A stretch of DNA of 64,000 nucleotides from an uncultured Leptospirales bacterium (GCA_964645775.1 CAZYBU010000008.1:2957-66956); one strand, 5' to 3'. Shown: positions 47,767 through 57,658, numbered from the stretch's first letter. Translations and numbers: made by a program. The notes: generated from the letters alone by a model not told the origin.

Positions 47767-48927
47767 AACCAGGTTCCCCACCTTTTCACCTGCCGGTTCA
47801 ATATCCTTATGCCTTGAATAATCAAGACATTTCTCATAGATTTCCGTAAGTCGATCGACTGATTTCTCGATGGTGTATTCCTGGGCCAGCTCATGACAGA
47901 CTTTACCTGTTTCTTTCACCAGATCCCTGTTTTCCATAAGGTGGTCAATCCTGGCCGCGAGAGAATCAGCATTATCGTACTGAAAAATGAAACGCCCATC
48001 CTTCACAAACTGCTGGGCGGCGCTTGCGGGAGAGTTTGACACCATGACCGGAAGTCCTTCCGCCATAGCTTCCAAAACAGTGAGACTTTCAAGTTCCACA
48101 AGGGAAGGGTGGACATAAAGATCGGCGCTGCTGTAATAGGTCAGCAGATCATTCGCCTCCACGTGACCGGTGCAGAAGGCGTGAGGAAGTCGTTTCATCT
48201 TCTCTTCAATTCGAGGTTTTTCAGGCCCGTCACCTACCAGTATCAACTGAATATCTTCTCTGAAGGAAGAGCGGTTCACGGCTTCCACCAGAAGAGCGTG
48301 GTTCTTTTCCCTGGAGATGCGACCCACACTCAGAATAACGAACCTTCCCTGAAAATCAAAACGCTCGCTTTCCTCATTTTTTTTAAACTCCGGCAAAAAT
48401 CCATTGGAAAGAACGACACATTCCGACTTCAGGCCATTTTTATACAACTCGTTTCTGCCAAGCATACTGGGAGAGAGTACTATATGCGCATGGTCGTAAC
48501 ATTTACTGATAAAAAGCCTGTGAAGTTTTCTGACAAGAAAATCGGAATTGATGCCCATATTATATAGTATATTCTCCGGCTGGACATGGTAACTGCAAAC
48601 CAGAGGCTTATTCATCTCCCTGGCCCATTGCGCAGTCTTCCATCCCAGGATGAAGGGGAATTGAACATGAACAAGATCGATCTCTTCAAGAACCTCCCGG
48701 ATTCTGTCCTCTACGGGCCAGCCAAAGTACATCCCATTTTTAATCATCTTCTGCTTGAGAAAGGGAATAAAGAAAAAGGGCATGCCGACCAGACCTTCTT
48801 CATCCTGACCCGCTGCAATAACCGTTACTTCATGCTCCCTTCGAAGATACTCCACAAATCGACGGGCCGATTGCACTCCCCCGTTTTTGACGTCATCAAA
48901 CCTGTCGATCACCATCGCAATTTTCAC
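47761..48927 (-). CDS. glycosyltransferase family 4 (GT-B)
   Basis: C-terminal EGLPVMVSNSPA...E-x7-E region typical of GT4. Confidence 0.8.
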   Translation of the reverse strand: MKIAMVIDRFDDVKNGGVQSARRFVEYLRREHEVTVIAAGQDEEGLVGMPFFFIPFLKQKMIKNGMYFGWPVEDRIREVLEEIDLVHVQFPFILGWKTAQWAREMNKPLVCSYHVQPENILYNMGINSDFLVRKLHRLFISKCYDHAHIVLSPSMLGRNELYKNGLKSECVVLSNGFLPEFKKNEESERFDFQGRFVILSVGRISREKNHALLVEAVNRSSFREDIQLILVGDGPEKPRIEEKMKRLPHAFCTGHVEANDLLTYYSSADLYVHPSLVELESLTVLEAMAEGLPVMVSNSPASAAQQFVKDGRFIFQYDNADSLAARIDHLMENRDLVKETGKVCHELAQEYTIEKSVDRLTEIYEKCLDYSRHKDIEPAGEKVGNLVL

Positions 48928-49120
48928 CTGTTCCCCCCCTGCAATTATCTCTATACTGTTAAGAAAAATCTAATGATCATTCCGATTCAATTCAAATCGA
49001 ACATGTGGGGGGATACATTGAAAAATGTCAAGAACTGAACATAAAAGGTCGAAATATACAGAAACTAGCGTGGTTCCGATGGTTCCTTCAGGAAATATCG
49101 AACGGAACATATCAATTTTG

Positions 49121-49136
49121 ACCGATAGTTATCGGT
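49121..49136. promoter_or_regulatory. 16-bp perfect palindrome ACCGATAGTTATCGGT
   Basis: Just downstream of the Gfo/Idh/MocA gene stop (49142) in the gap before the GT4 gene. Flanked by GGTACC-like extension. Confidence 0.4.
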
Positions 49137-49141
49137 ACCCC

Positions 49142-50308
49142 TTATCTTGTTAAGGGTAAATCAACAGGATTACCGGTTTCCGCGGAACGATAGGACGCGA
49201 AAACAAGTTCAATGTCAGACCGGGCGTCCAGACCACTGACCCTGGGAGAACGTCCTTCCCGGATTGAAGCGATAAAATCGAGAATTGCCTCCTCGTAAAC
49301 ATTGTATCCGGAGAAATCGGTTGTGATATCGAGGAGCTTTCCTTTCGAAAAAGTCTTCTCAATGGCCTTCCACGGGATATCGTCATCATCCATGGTCTTC
49401 ATGTACTCCTTAACTCCTCTCACAACTTCCTCTGGCGGTTTTTCCTGAAACTCTTCCCGTATCTCGCTGTACACCTCAATGCCTCCGATCTCAAACTGGC
49501 GGTGGCCGGGAAGCCTCATCTCCGGGTTCTCGATGATGCTTCCTCTCGATCCGAAAACAGACAGGAATGGGACCTTCTTCGGATTCCTGATGTTCCAGCT
49601 TTCAATGATATTAGTCGTTATAGAATCCACGTGATCGAGCATAACAACCGATGTTTCGTCCACCTCCCATTTGCTATCCGGTCTCATCGTTCGCGCGAAA
49701 ACACGTTTCACCGGTCCACCCAGCTGGTTTGCCGCGGCCATAAGGTGAACACCCCGGTCAAAGAGGACACCGCCCCCTCCTGTACTTTTTTTCATCCTCC
49801 ATTCATAGGCCTTCATGGCCGACGTGATCTCAATGGCATAGGATAACTCATGAATATTGACCATGAAAGGCCGTCCTATATCTCCCCTTTTCATGATCTC
49901 GAGGGAGCGTCTGATGGCAGGCTCGTACCGGAAATTCTCGCAAACAGCCAGGACAAGGCCATTTTTTGCGGCCGCATCGATCATCCGGTCCGCCTCATCC
50001 AGGGAATTGGCTATCGGCTTTTCCAGGAAGACATGTTTCCCGTTCTCCAGGGCGGAGAGGGTCATCTGCAGATGAAGATGATGGGGCAGACAGATATCGA
50101 GCGCGTCAACATCGGAACTCAAAACGTCATCCAGGCTTTCAAAAATACCGGAGGCCTCAAAATCCTCCTTCGTTTTTCCGGCTGCCTGACGGTTTATATC
50201 GAATACATGAAGATCGATACGATCTCTGTGTTTCTGATACTCTGCCGCGTGGACCCGGCCGATCATACCACAACCTACAAGGCATATGGATATCATTTCA
50301 CCATTCAT
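49142..50308 (-). CDS. Gfo/Idh/MocA-family oxidoreductase
   Basis: N-terminal GCGMIGRVHA Rossmann motif and EKP motif. Confidence 0.8.
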   Translation of the reverse strand: MNGEMISICLVGCGMIGRVHAAEYQKHRDRIDLHVFDINRQAAGKTKEDFEASGIFESLDDVLSSDVDALDICLPHHLHLQMTLSALENGKHVFLEKPIANSLDEADRMIDAAAKNGLVLAVCENFRYEPAIRRSLEIMKRGDIGRPFMVNIHELSYAIEITSAMKAYEWRMKKSTGGGGVLFDRGVHLMAAANQLGGPVKRVFARTMRPDSKWEVDETSVVMLDHVDSITTNIIESWNIRNPKKVPFLSVFGSRGSIIENPEMRLPGHRQFEIGGIEVYSEIREEFQEKPPEEVVRGVKEYMKTMDDDDIPWKAIEKTFSKGKLLDITTDFSGYNVYEEAILDFIASIREGRSPRVSGLDARSDIELVFASYRSAETGNPVDLPLTR

Positions 50309-50346
50309 GGTATGGACACCTGCTCCTTATTCTTCCTGAAAGACGA

Positions 50347-50604
50347 TTATTCCTTTCTCATCTCTTTTTCGATCATCTTCTCCTTAAATCGGCCGGAAAA
50401 GATAAAGACACCGGCACCGTGAAATAAAACACCGATTCCCCATCCCATAAGAGGCCATATATGCCACCTGTATCCGGACGAGGTAGTACTATTAATGTAA
50501 TAGAGAACAATGTTTACGACCACGTAAACAGCCAGGTGAACAAAGAAACCCATCTTCGCTTCAACCCGTTCTTTCGCTTTTCGGTATCGTTCTTCGTCAG
50601 TCAA
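50347..50604 (-). CDS. 2TM-domain small membrane protein
   Basis: 85 aa with two hydrophobic helices flanked by a basic N-terminus. Confidence 0.55.
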   Translation of the reverse strand: MTDEERYRKAKERVEAKMGFFVHLAVYVVVNIVLYYINSTTSSGYRWHIWPLMGWGIGVLFHGAGVFIFSGRFKEKMIEKEMRKE

Positions 50605-50623
50605 TGGTATCCTCCATAAATAT

Positions 50624-51172
50624 TTACATTTGTAAAGCCGCCCTGAGACCCAGTATCACGTACCGGGTCAGCAGGATGGAAAGGATTACAGGCAGGATCA
50701 TCTGCGCGTTCGGCAGGAGGGCGAACTTCCTGCCGAGCATCGGCATCTCCGGGCTGTAGCCCCACCAGTCCCGGGCCAGTCCGATCATCTCGATCACGAC
50801 CTGCCAGAATATCCCCAGGAGAAGAGCGATAAGGTATCCCGCCCAGATCGGAAAAGCGATCTCTCCCTGGCCAAAGAGGGTACCTCCATCAATAAACCAG
50901 AAGCGGTCCATGAAAAGAAGGCTCACCACCCAGTAATGGCCCAGTATGAGAAGGCCGTCAAAGGCGGAGGCGAACCAGAAAACACCGGCAAAGGTCTTTC
51001 TCATAGTAAATGTATTTTCACCGAACCAGTATCTTTTCTCAACACTCTTGTCTTTATTATAGAAATTATAATACCCCTTATAGTAGGGCATGTGGGATAT
51101 CTCCCAAACGAAGTTGAAGAGAAACCCGTAGAGCCAGATGTATAGCTCCGGGATAATGAAGTATTGTTCCAT
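50624..51172 (-). CDS. hypothetical integral membrane protein
   Basis: 182 aa, aromatic-rich hydrophobic helices. No known motif. Confidence 0.5.
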   Translation of the reverse strand: MEQYFIIPELYIWLYGFLFNFVWEISHMPYYKGYYNFYNKDKSVEKRYWFGENTFTMRKTFAGVFWFASAFDGLLILGHYWVVSLLFMDRFWFIDGGTLFGQGEIAFPIWAGYLIALLLGIFWQVVIEMIGLARDWWGYSPEMPMLGRKFALLPNAQMILPVILSILLTRYVILGLRAALQM

Positions 51173-51181
51173 GAAGACCTC

Positions 51182-52588
51182 CTATCCGTCCCGGTGAAAC
51201 CGATAACCGGTCCCTTTCTTAAGTCGGGCCAGCTCCTTCTTTAGTCCCGGTACAAGCTTTTTGCCCCGGGCCGTTTTATAGAGGTTGCTTTTCTCCTTCG
51301 GGTCGGCTGCCAGGTCGAAAAGTTCTCTGGGCCGTTTGTCGCTCTGATACTCAATGTACTTGTAGCGCCCGGTGCGGACCGCCGTTATTCCCGGTATGGG
51401 TATAGGGTAGACCGGAAAGTGCTCGTAGAGCCAGGACTCCCGGCCGGGCGCGTCGCTTCTTTGCAGTACCGGTTTCAGGCTCCGCCCCTGCATGGTCTCC
51501 GGCGCGGGTATGCCTGCCAGGTCCAGGAGAGTGGGGGCCAGGTCGATATTCAGGGCCATCTGGGAGGCCCGCCGCCCCGGTTGCCGGATGCCGCGGGGAT
51601 ACCGGACCATGAAGGGTATGCGAATCGATTCCTCGTAGGCGAGGCGCTTGTCATAAAGACCGTGTTCCCCGAAGAAATGGCCGTTGTCCCCCGCGTAGAC
51701 AAGGATGGTCTCATCGGAAATGCCCATCTCATCGATCTTGTTCAGGACCCGGCCCACCTGCTCGTCCACGGAGACAACGGTCTCACAGTAGTTTCTGTAC
51801 ATCATGTTCATGGGCATGGGAGCTCCGACAAACATGTGATTATTGGTATAGGTGATGAAGGGGTCCGATTCCGGGGGAAGCTGAAGATCCACACCGTCAT
51901 AAAGATTGTTCAGATGATCAGGGGGCAGGAAACCGAAGTGTACCGCCTTGTGGGACAGGTAGAGACAGAAGGGGTTGCTCCGCTTCTTCTCGATAAATTT
52001 CAGGGCAAAGTCGGTCAGATCCTCGGTGATATACTTACCGGGTCTGGGTGTCTCCTTCCCGTCAATGATAAGGGGGCAATCTTTGTAGACGCCCTGGCCT
52101 CCCTCCTTTGTGAAAGTTATGAAATGGTCCACTCCCCTGAGGTCGGGCACCCCTTCTCCCGGCATGTGCCACTTCCCGATAAATGCGTTCTCGTATCCCT
52201 TCTCCTTCAAAAGTTCCATGAAGTGTATGTTGCCGTTGTCCCAGGGCGTGTGGTTGGTCACCACACCGTGGGTGTGGGCGTACTGCCCGGTTAAAAAGCT
52301 GGCCCGGGAGGGACTGCACAGGGAGGTGGTACAGAAACTGTTCTCGAAAAGCACGCCTTCACGCCCGATTCGGTCCAGGTTAGGCGTTTCAATGAATGGG
52401 TGCCCCATACAGCTGAAGGCGTCCCATCTGTGATCGTCGGTCAAAATGAATATGATGTTGGGAAGCTTCTCCCTGCCGGCAAGCACGGACGGTAAAGATG
52501 AGAGGCCCACGGCGGTTACGGCGGCCTTGCCTGTGCCTTTCAGAAAATCTCTTCGTGTTATATGGTTCCTGTTGCCATCCTGTTTCAT
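51182..52588 (-). CDS. Tat-exported sulfatase (Cys-type, formylglycine-dependent)
   Basis: Twin-arginine signal (RRDFLKGTG). CSPSRASFLTG formylglycine motif. LTDDHRWD metal-binding motif. Confidence 0.85.
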   Translation of the reverse strand: MKQDGNRNHITRRDFLKGTGKAAVTAVGLSSLPSVLAGREKLPNIIFILTDDHRWDAFSCMGHPFIETPNLDRIGREGVLFENSFCTTSLCSPSRASFLTGQYAHTHGVVTNHTPWDNGNIHFMELLKEKGYENAFIGKWHMPGEGVPDLRGVDHFITFTKEGGQGVYKDCPLIIDGKETPRPGKYITEDLTDFALKFIEKKRSNPFCLYLSHKAVHFGFLPPDHLNNLYDGVDLQLPPESDPFITYTNNHMFVGAPMPMNMMYRNYCETVVSVDEQVGRVLNKIDEMGISDETILVYAGDNGHFFGEHGLYDKRLAYEESIRIPFMVRYPRGIRQPGRRASQMALNIDLAPTLLDLAGIPAPETMQGRSLKPVLQRSDAPGRESWLYEHFPVYPIPIPGITAVRTGRYKYIEYQSDKRPRELFDLAADPKEKSNLYKTARGKKLVPGLKKELARLKKGTGYRFHRDG

Positions 52589-52601
52589 TATTCACCTCGC
52601 T

Positions 52602-53150
52602 TCATAGAAAAAGAAGGGTATAGAGATCCATAAAGACATAGTAGTAACTGTGTCCCCCGTTCCAGAGACCTGCGAAGGTAATAACCAGGCCGGCCACAAG
52701 GAAGATTCCGCTCGCGGAAGAGAATATCCGCACGCCTTCGTCTTTACGGTGACGAATGCGGCAGGCAAGCTCCGCAAGACCAATGGAAAGGATATTAACC
52801 CCGATATTACCCAGGATGAAGGGATGGACCAGGAGGAAAAGGACCTCAAGAAAACTGTAGATTCCAGCGAAAGACCAGATCGTTTTGAAAACCCAGAGAA
52901 CAGGCGAGGCAAGGGAAGCCATGTACCGTTCCATGGGGGCGGAGCCACGTTTAAAGGCGAAGGGAACCACGAAAAGGGGCCCGAGCCAGATGCTGAGAAA
53001 CATCAGTATAACGGATGGATAGAGTATGACCTTTCTGAGAGCGCCGCTTCCCAGGTGCCGGGAAAAATCATAGGCCAGGCTGGAAACAACCATGACCGTG
53101 AAAACGACGAGGGCCGGCAGGACGGCCCGTTTAAACAGTGAATGATTCAT
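52602..53150 (-). CDS. hypothetical integral membrane protein
   Basis: 182 aa, about 5 TM helices. Confidence 0.5.
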   Translation of the reverse strand: MNHSLFKRAVLPALVVFTVMVVSSLAYDFSRHLGSGALRKVILYPSVILMFLSIWLGPLFVVPFAFKRGSAPMERYMASLASPVLWVFKTIWSFAGIYSFLEVLFLLVHPFILGNIGVNILSIGLAELACRIRHRKDEGVRIFSSASGIFLVAGLVITFAGLWNGGHSYYYVFMDLYTLLFL

Positions 53151-53174
53151 CCTGCCTCCTCTGGTCCCGGCGGG

Positions 53175-53190
53175 ACCGATAGTTATCGGT
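53175..53190. promoter_or_regulatory. 16-bp perfect palindrome ACCGATAGTTATCGGT
   Basis: Lies between the MFS gene stop (53194) and the downstream membrane-protein start (53150). Confidence 0.4.
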
Positions 53191-53193
53191 ATA

Positions 53194-54558
53194 TCAGGCC
53201 TTTTCGGCCTCCATCTTCTCTATATCATCGAGTATCTCATTATATCGCTTCTCGTTTATAGGATAGAACCGGAGGGCCACTATAGCCAGGAGAAAGATAA
53301 AGGCCGAAATGGGCCCCAGGAGAAGCCGAATACCGAACTGCGACAGGGCGGACTGGGCCACTTCAGGAACGTATCCCACCAGGGAGAGTACACCGCCGGT
53401 GATGGCCAGGGCGATAGCCTGGCCGATCTTGATGCCGAAGGTCCAGACCCCGTAAAAGGCCCCCTCGGTCCGCTCGCCTGTGACCAGGTAGTCGTACTCC
53501 ACGGCGTCCGGAACCATGGCGTAGGGCATGGCGTAGGTGAGACCCAGACCGATACCGGCCGGTACCATCATATACGTGGCCAGGTTAACCGCCTCAATAC
53601 CGAAGAGGGAGAGGTGGCCGATGAAGAATACCACGACAAGCATGCCCCCCAGAATGGCCATGCCCGATCCATAGACGAGCTTCTTACCGAGCCGTTTCGA
53701 AATAACAACGCTAAGGGGGATAGTCACCATGGCCGTCACAAGGAGAAGGACCATGGCCACGGTCGTGGCGTCCTCGGAATGGTGGATATACTTGAAGTAG
53801 TAGATGGCCACGCTCATGATTACCGTCAGGGCCGTAATGTGCAGGGTATAGGTTGCCAGGATCAGAAGATAAGGCTTGTTGCGGAAAACCTTGAGGTAGG
53901 TCTTAATAAAGTTCCCTGTGACCTCAACGTCTTTTCGTTCAGGCTCACGCACGGAGAAGAATGTAATGAGCGCCGTTATGAGCATAACCCCTCCGAAGAT
54001 GGTGCCCATGGCTGAAAAACCTATATTCCGGTCCGGGAAAAGTTTTACGATGGGAAGGGCGGCCCCGGCCGCGACTATGGTTCCGATGACAGCAAAGGCG
54101 AAACGGTATCCGTTCAGGGCTGTCCGCTCGTGAAAGTCCCGGGTAAGCTCCGGTGTCAGGGAATTGTAGGGGATGTTAACCGCCGTGTAAGTTGTATTGA
54201 GCAGCATAAAGGCAAGAAGTCCCCACACGAAAAGGGCCGCCTGGGTGTCGAGCTGGGGATTGGTGAACATGATAATCGTCGCTATGAAAAGGGGAAATGA
54301 TCCGAAGAGAAGCCAGGGGCGGCGGCGGCCCCAGCGGGTCTTTGTGCGGTCCGAAAGGTATCCCGCCACCGGGTCAGTGACCGCGTCCCATATTTTCCCC
54401 AGGGCGATAATAACACCCGCAAGACCGGCCGCGATACCGACCGTGTCGGTCAGGTAATTCATGAGCCACAGACCAACAGCCGTGAAAAAGAGGTTGCCAC
54501 CCAGGTCGCAGACCCCGTACCCCATTTTTACGCCCACAGAAAGTTTTCCCTGTTCCAT
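53194..54558 (-). CDS. MFS transporter, glycoside-pentoside-hexuronide:cation symporter family
   Basis: GPH signature GLWLMNYLTDTVG..DPVAGYLSDRT. 12 TM helices. Confidence 0.8.
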   Translation of the reverse strand: MEQGKLSVGVKMGYGVCDLGGNLFFTAVGLWLMNYLTDTVGIAAGLAGVIIALGKIWDAVTDPVAGYLSDRTKTRWGRRRPWLLFGSFPLFIATIIMFTNPQLDTQAALFVWGLLAFMLLNTTYTAVNIPYNSLTPELTRDFHERTALNGYRFAFAVIGTIVAAGAALPIVKLFPDRNIGFSAMGTIFGGVMLITALITFFSVREPERKDVEVTGNFIKTYLKVFRNKPYLLILATYTLHITALTVIMSVAIYYFKYIHHSEDATTVAMVLLLVTAMVTIPLSVVISKRLGKKLVYGSGMAILGGMLVVVFFIGHLSLFGIEAVNLATYMMVPAGIGLGLTYAMPYAMVPDAVEYDYLVTGERTEGAFYGVWTFGIKIGQAIALAITGGVLSLVGYVPEVAQSALSQFGIRLLLGPISAFIFLLAIVALRFYPINEKRYNEILDDIEKMEAEKA

Positions 54559-54768
54559 AGCACCATCCTGCGAAGTGATATTAATAACCGCTGGTTACCC
54601 TACAGGATGCGTCCGGGTAAGGCAATACAATTATTGATTTCTATATCAATTACGTAGAGGGCTTTTTCAGGTAACAGATACCCGACTTCGTCGGGAATTC
54701 GTCGAAACCGCCCGGTTCCCGATATTCCAGGAATAAAAAAACAAAAAGTTGGTTTTTAATCTTTGCGA

Positions 54769-54993
54769 CTATAGCAAATCATGGATGCTGCCCGGCAAGG
54801 ATGCCGCAGTGTCCAGCTCTATTCTCAGGGCATCATCCAGCCTCGATAACCTGTCCATGGAAAGGGAGCCAATGAAATCCGTTAAAGCGCCTTTGGCTAT
54901 ACTGATCAATTCATCACAGCAGATACAGCTTTCATGCTTTAATCCATCCTCCACGCCAACAGGAAAACCACATCTGTAACAATAAATTTTCAT
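54769..54993 (-). CDS. small Cys-rich hypothetical protein
   Basis: 74 aa, CYRC...CICC cysteine cluster. Divergent from the Mop gene. Weak support. Confidence 0.35.
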   Translation of the reverse strand: MKIYCYRCGFPVGVEDGLKHESCICCDELISIAKGALTDFIGSLSMDRLSRLDDALRIELDTAASLPGSIHDLL

Positions 54994-55055
54994 TGCCTCC
55001 AGGAAAACGCTATGTTAAAGGAAATCCCTGGCAACAAAATGAGAACAAGGCCGTC

Positions 55056-55268
55056 ATGAAGATAAGCGCGAGAAATCAGATAAAGGGTACAGTCAGGAAA
55101 ATCATCCACGGCTCCGTGAATACCGAGGTGGTCATTGAAATCGCCGATGGTACGGAGATTATTTCCATTATAACAAAGGAATCGGCCGATCGCATGGACC
55201 TTTCGGAAGGCATGGAGGTCTTCGCCGTGGTCAAGGCCTCCAACGTGATGATCGCAGTTGAGGACTGA
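55056..55268 (+). CDS. molybdopterin-binding Mop/TOBE-domain protein
   Basis: MKISARNQIKGTV...VMIAVED classic TOBE. Start placed at the internal ATG. Confidence 0.8.
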   Translation: MKISARNQIKGTVRKIIHGSVNTEVVIEIADGTEIISIITKESADRMDLSEGMEVFAVVKASNVMIAVED

Positions 55269-55280
55269 CATCCAGGTGGT

Positions 55281-55296
55281 ACCGATAACTATCGGC
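55281..55296. promoter_or_regulatory. 16-bp palindrome ACCGATAACTATCGG(c)
   Basis: 13 nt after the Mop stop and 35 nt before the CPBP start. Flanked by GGTACC / CACC. Confidence 0.4.
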
Positions 55297-55330
55297 ACCC
55301 TCTATCAAATTTAGACTCATAAGGAGCCTT

Positions 55331-56071
55331 ATGGACACGATAATAACTCTTTCAGAGTTTTTAGTACGCATATCTCCGGGAGCTATACTCCTTATTCTCG
55401 CCTTCATTATCGCCAGGCCGGGTCCCATGGGGAGAATCGCTCTCTATATTTTGGCCTTTATCCTCATGCGGGACGCCATGACTCCCCTTAAACTCTGGAC
55501 CTTCGGGAGAGAAGGATTTTTCTGGCTACGATTTTCCGATAATCCCTGGTTCCTTCTCCTCTTCGGGGCCGGAAGCGCTCTTTTAATGACAGGATTTTAC
55601 CTTGCGGACCGTGAGAACAGGGATAAGGTGACCTTTTTCCGGGGAAACCGGGCCGCGGGTATAGTTATCGGTATACTGGGCGGCCTGGCCGCGGCTGCCC
55701 CCCTTCTTATCATCTATACACAGGTTGACATTTCTGTAAGAGGAGGTGCTGTCTCCACGGCTCTTCTTGTTCCAACTCTGTTCTTAGCCCTGACCGGCAA
55801 CTTCTTTGAAGAGGGTCTCTTTCGAGGATACCTTCTGGGCCACCTGCAGACCTACCTGCCGGGCTGGAGGGCTGCCGTGGCGTCGGGTGTCATCTTCTCG
55901 CTCTGCCACATGTTCCTGGCCCTTACGGTCACGAACGTGGGGGCGCCCCTTCTGGTTTTCGCCCTCTGGGAGGGTATCATCTGCGGGCTGGTTGCCCTCC
56001 GGTACGGGATCATTCCCGCGACCCTGAGCCACGGAGGGGCCGTTTTTCTGCTGGCCTCGGGTCTCATATAA
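55331..56071 (+). CDS. CPBP-family intramembrane glutamic endopeptidase (CAAX protease/Abi)
   Basis: EEGLFRGYLL and FSLCHMF motifs. Confidence 0.8.
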   Translation: MDTIITLSEFLVRISPGAILLILAFIIARPGPMGRIALYILAFILMRDAMTPLKLWTFGREGFFWLRFSDNPWFLLLFGAGSALLMTGFYLADRENRDKVTFFRGNRAAGIVIGILGGLAAAAPLLIIYTQVDISVRGGAVSTALLVPTLFLALTGNFFEEGLFRGYLLGHLQTYLPGWRAAVASGVIFSLCHMFLALTVTNVGAPLLVFALWEGIICGLVALRYGIIPATLSHGGAVFLLASGLI

Positions 56072-56114
56072 TGTATTGTTATCAATAATCATCCTGTCCC
56101 TGTGAGGTGAATCC

Positions 56115-56510
56115 ATGAAAACCCTGCGTATCGCCCTTATAACGATCCTCTTGTTCACCGGCCTGGGCGCCCTCTCGGGCGGATACACTCTCATGCTCGA
56201 TCCCACGGGAGGGGAGATGGGTCTTTCCATGAACATCCTGGCCGATTCCCCCTTCCGGGACTTTCTTGTTCCAGGCATCGTTCTTTTTTCCGTAAACGGC
56301 ATCGGTTCCCTGGCCGGCGGACTTCTGGGCGTCATCCGCAACCGCCTCTTTCCCCTGGCGGGTATGGCCCTCGGACTTTTTCTCATGGCATGGATCGTTA
56401 TCCAGGCCTGGTGGATCGGTCTCCACTGGCTCCATCTCCTCTACGGAACCATCGGCCTGATTGAATTCTTTGCGGCATTTTTCATAGAACGGGACTTTCG
56501 GAGAGGATAA
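56115..56510 (+). CDS. hypothetical integral membrane protein
   Basis: 131 aa, 4 TM helices. Confidence 0.5.
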   Translation: MKTLRIALITILLFTGLGALSGGYTLMLDPTGGEMGLSMNILADSPFRDFLVPGIVLFSVNGIGSLAGGLLGVIRNRLFPLAGMALGLFLMAWIVIQAWWIGLHWLHLLYGTIGLIEFFAAFFIERDFRRG

Positions 56511-56551
56511 CCCGGAGGCTTGAACAATCCCCCTGATAAAGGAGAATCTCC

Positions 56552-57058
56552 ATGGAGAGCGTTATACGGCCCGAACAACCGGAAGACCGGTCCCACATAT
56601 TCAAGATCCATGAATCGGCCTTTAACCAGGACAATGAAAGCCGGCTGGTCGACGCACTGAGGAAGGGTAAGACCTGGATACCGGACTTATCCCTCGTGGC
56701 GGAGATCAACGGCAAGGTGGCGGGGCATGTTCTCTTCTCCCGCATATCCATCGGTCAAACGACTTCCCTGGCCCTGGCTCCCGTAGGCGTGGCTCCAGGT
56801 TACCAGGGAAGGGGCCTGGGTGACAAACTGATTCGTGCTGGCCTGGAAAAGGCCCGGGAGATGAGGTTCGGCTCGGTCATCGTGCTGGGTCATCCGGAAT
56901 ATTATCCCCGGTTCGGGTTCAAACCTGCATCGAAATGGGGCCTTACTTGTCCGTTCACCATCCCGGACGACGCCTTCATGGCACTGGAACTTAAACCGGG
57001 GGCTCTTAAGCGCGTTAAGGGCACGGTGAGGTATCCTGCCCCCTTTAAAGACATTTAA
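56552..57058 (+). CDS. GNAT-family N-acetyltransferase
   Basis: GYQGRGLGDKLIRAGL acetyl-CoA-binding motif. Confidence 0.85.
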   Translation: MESVIRPEQPEDRSHIFKIHESAFNQDNESRLVDALRKGKTWIPDLSLVAEINGKVAGHVLFSRISIGQTTSLALAPVGVAPGYQGRGLGDKLIRAGLEKAREMRFGSVIVLGHPEYYPRFGFKPASKWGLTCPFTIPDDAFMALELKPGALKRVKGTVRYPAPFKDI

Positions 57059-57079
57059 TACCGTTACCTGGACCTGTTT

Positions 57080-57658
57080 ATGAAAATACTGATCATTAAC
57101 GCCAGCCCGAGAAAAAAGGGTGTTACACGCCAGGCACTTGAACGGTTGAGGGAAGGCCTGGCAAACCATACTGTTGAATGGCATGACATACACAGGCTCT
57201 CCATCCGGCCCTGTACCGGCTGCCTGAAGTGCAGACCCGGCGGAGAGTGCGTTCTCAAAGAGGATGACGGGCACCTCATGGCCGGGAAGATCCGGTGGGC
57301 CGACCTGATAGTTATCGGTTCCCCTGTTTACTGGGGCAACATCCCGGGCACCCTGAAGATACTCTTTGACCGGAACGTCCCCCTCTTTGAGGAGGTGGAG
57401 GCGGGCCCCATGAATCGAATACCGGAACCGCGCCTCAGGGGTAAGGAAGCGATAACTATCAGCAGCTGTGGTTCCCGGTTTCCCTTCAGTCTTCTTCCCT
57501 CTCAGGCTGGAGGGACCGTTCAGGCGTTGAAAACCATACTCCGGTCAGGTGGGATCAGAATCCGGAAGAATCTGATCATCTCGGATTCTTACAGGTTCAA
57601 TAACAAGAAGGACAATTGGTTCAGTAAAATCGACCGTATGGCGGGGAAGATCAGGTAG
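57080..57658 (+). CDS. flavodoxin-like NAD(P)H-dependent FMN reductase / iron-sulfur flavoprotein-like
   Basis: MKILIINASPRKKGVT FMN-binding start. CTGCLKCRPGGEC cysteine cluster. Confidence 0.7.
   Translation: MKILIINASPRKKGVTRQALERLREGLANHTVEWHDIHRLSIRPCTGCLKCRPGGECVLKEDDGHLMAGKIRWADLIVIGSPVYWGNIPGTLKILFDRNVPLFEEVEAGPMNRIPEPRLRGKEAITISSCGSRFPFSLLPSQAGGTVQALKTILRSGGIRIRKNLIISDSYRFNNKKDNWFSKIDRMAGKIR

Noticed and set aside
27722-57475. Additional copies of GATAACTATCGG / CGATAGTTATCGG inside coding sequences (27722, 30400, 32270, 41388, 55668, 57308, 57460)
   Set aside because: They encode Ile-Val-Ile-Gly / Ala-Ile-Thr-Ile-Ser segments of Rossmann, thiolase and flavodoxin folds. They lack the ACC...GGT flanks of the intergenic copies. 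Likely codon-usage coincidence, not independent sites. They still inflate the apparent motif count, so any enrichment test must exclude them.
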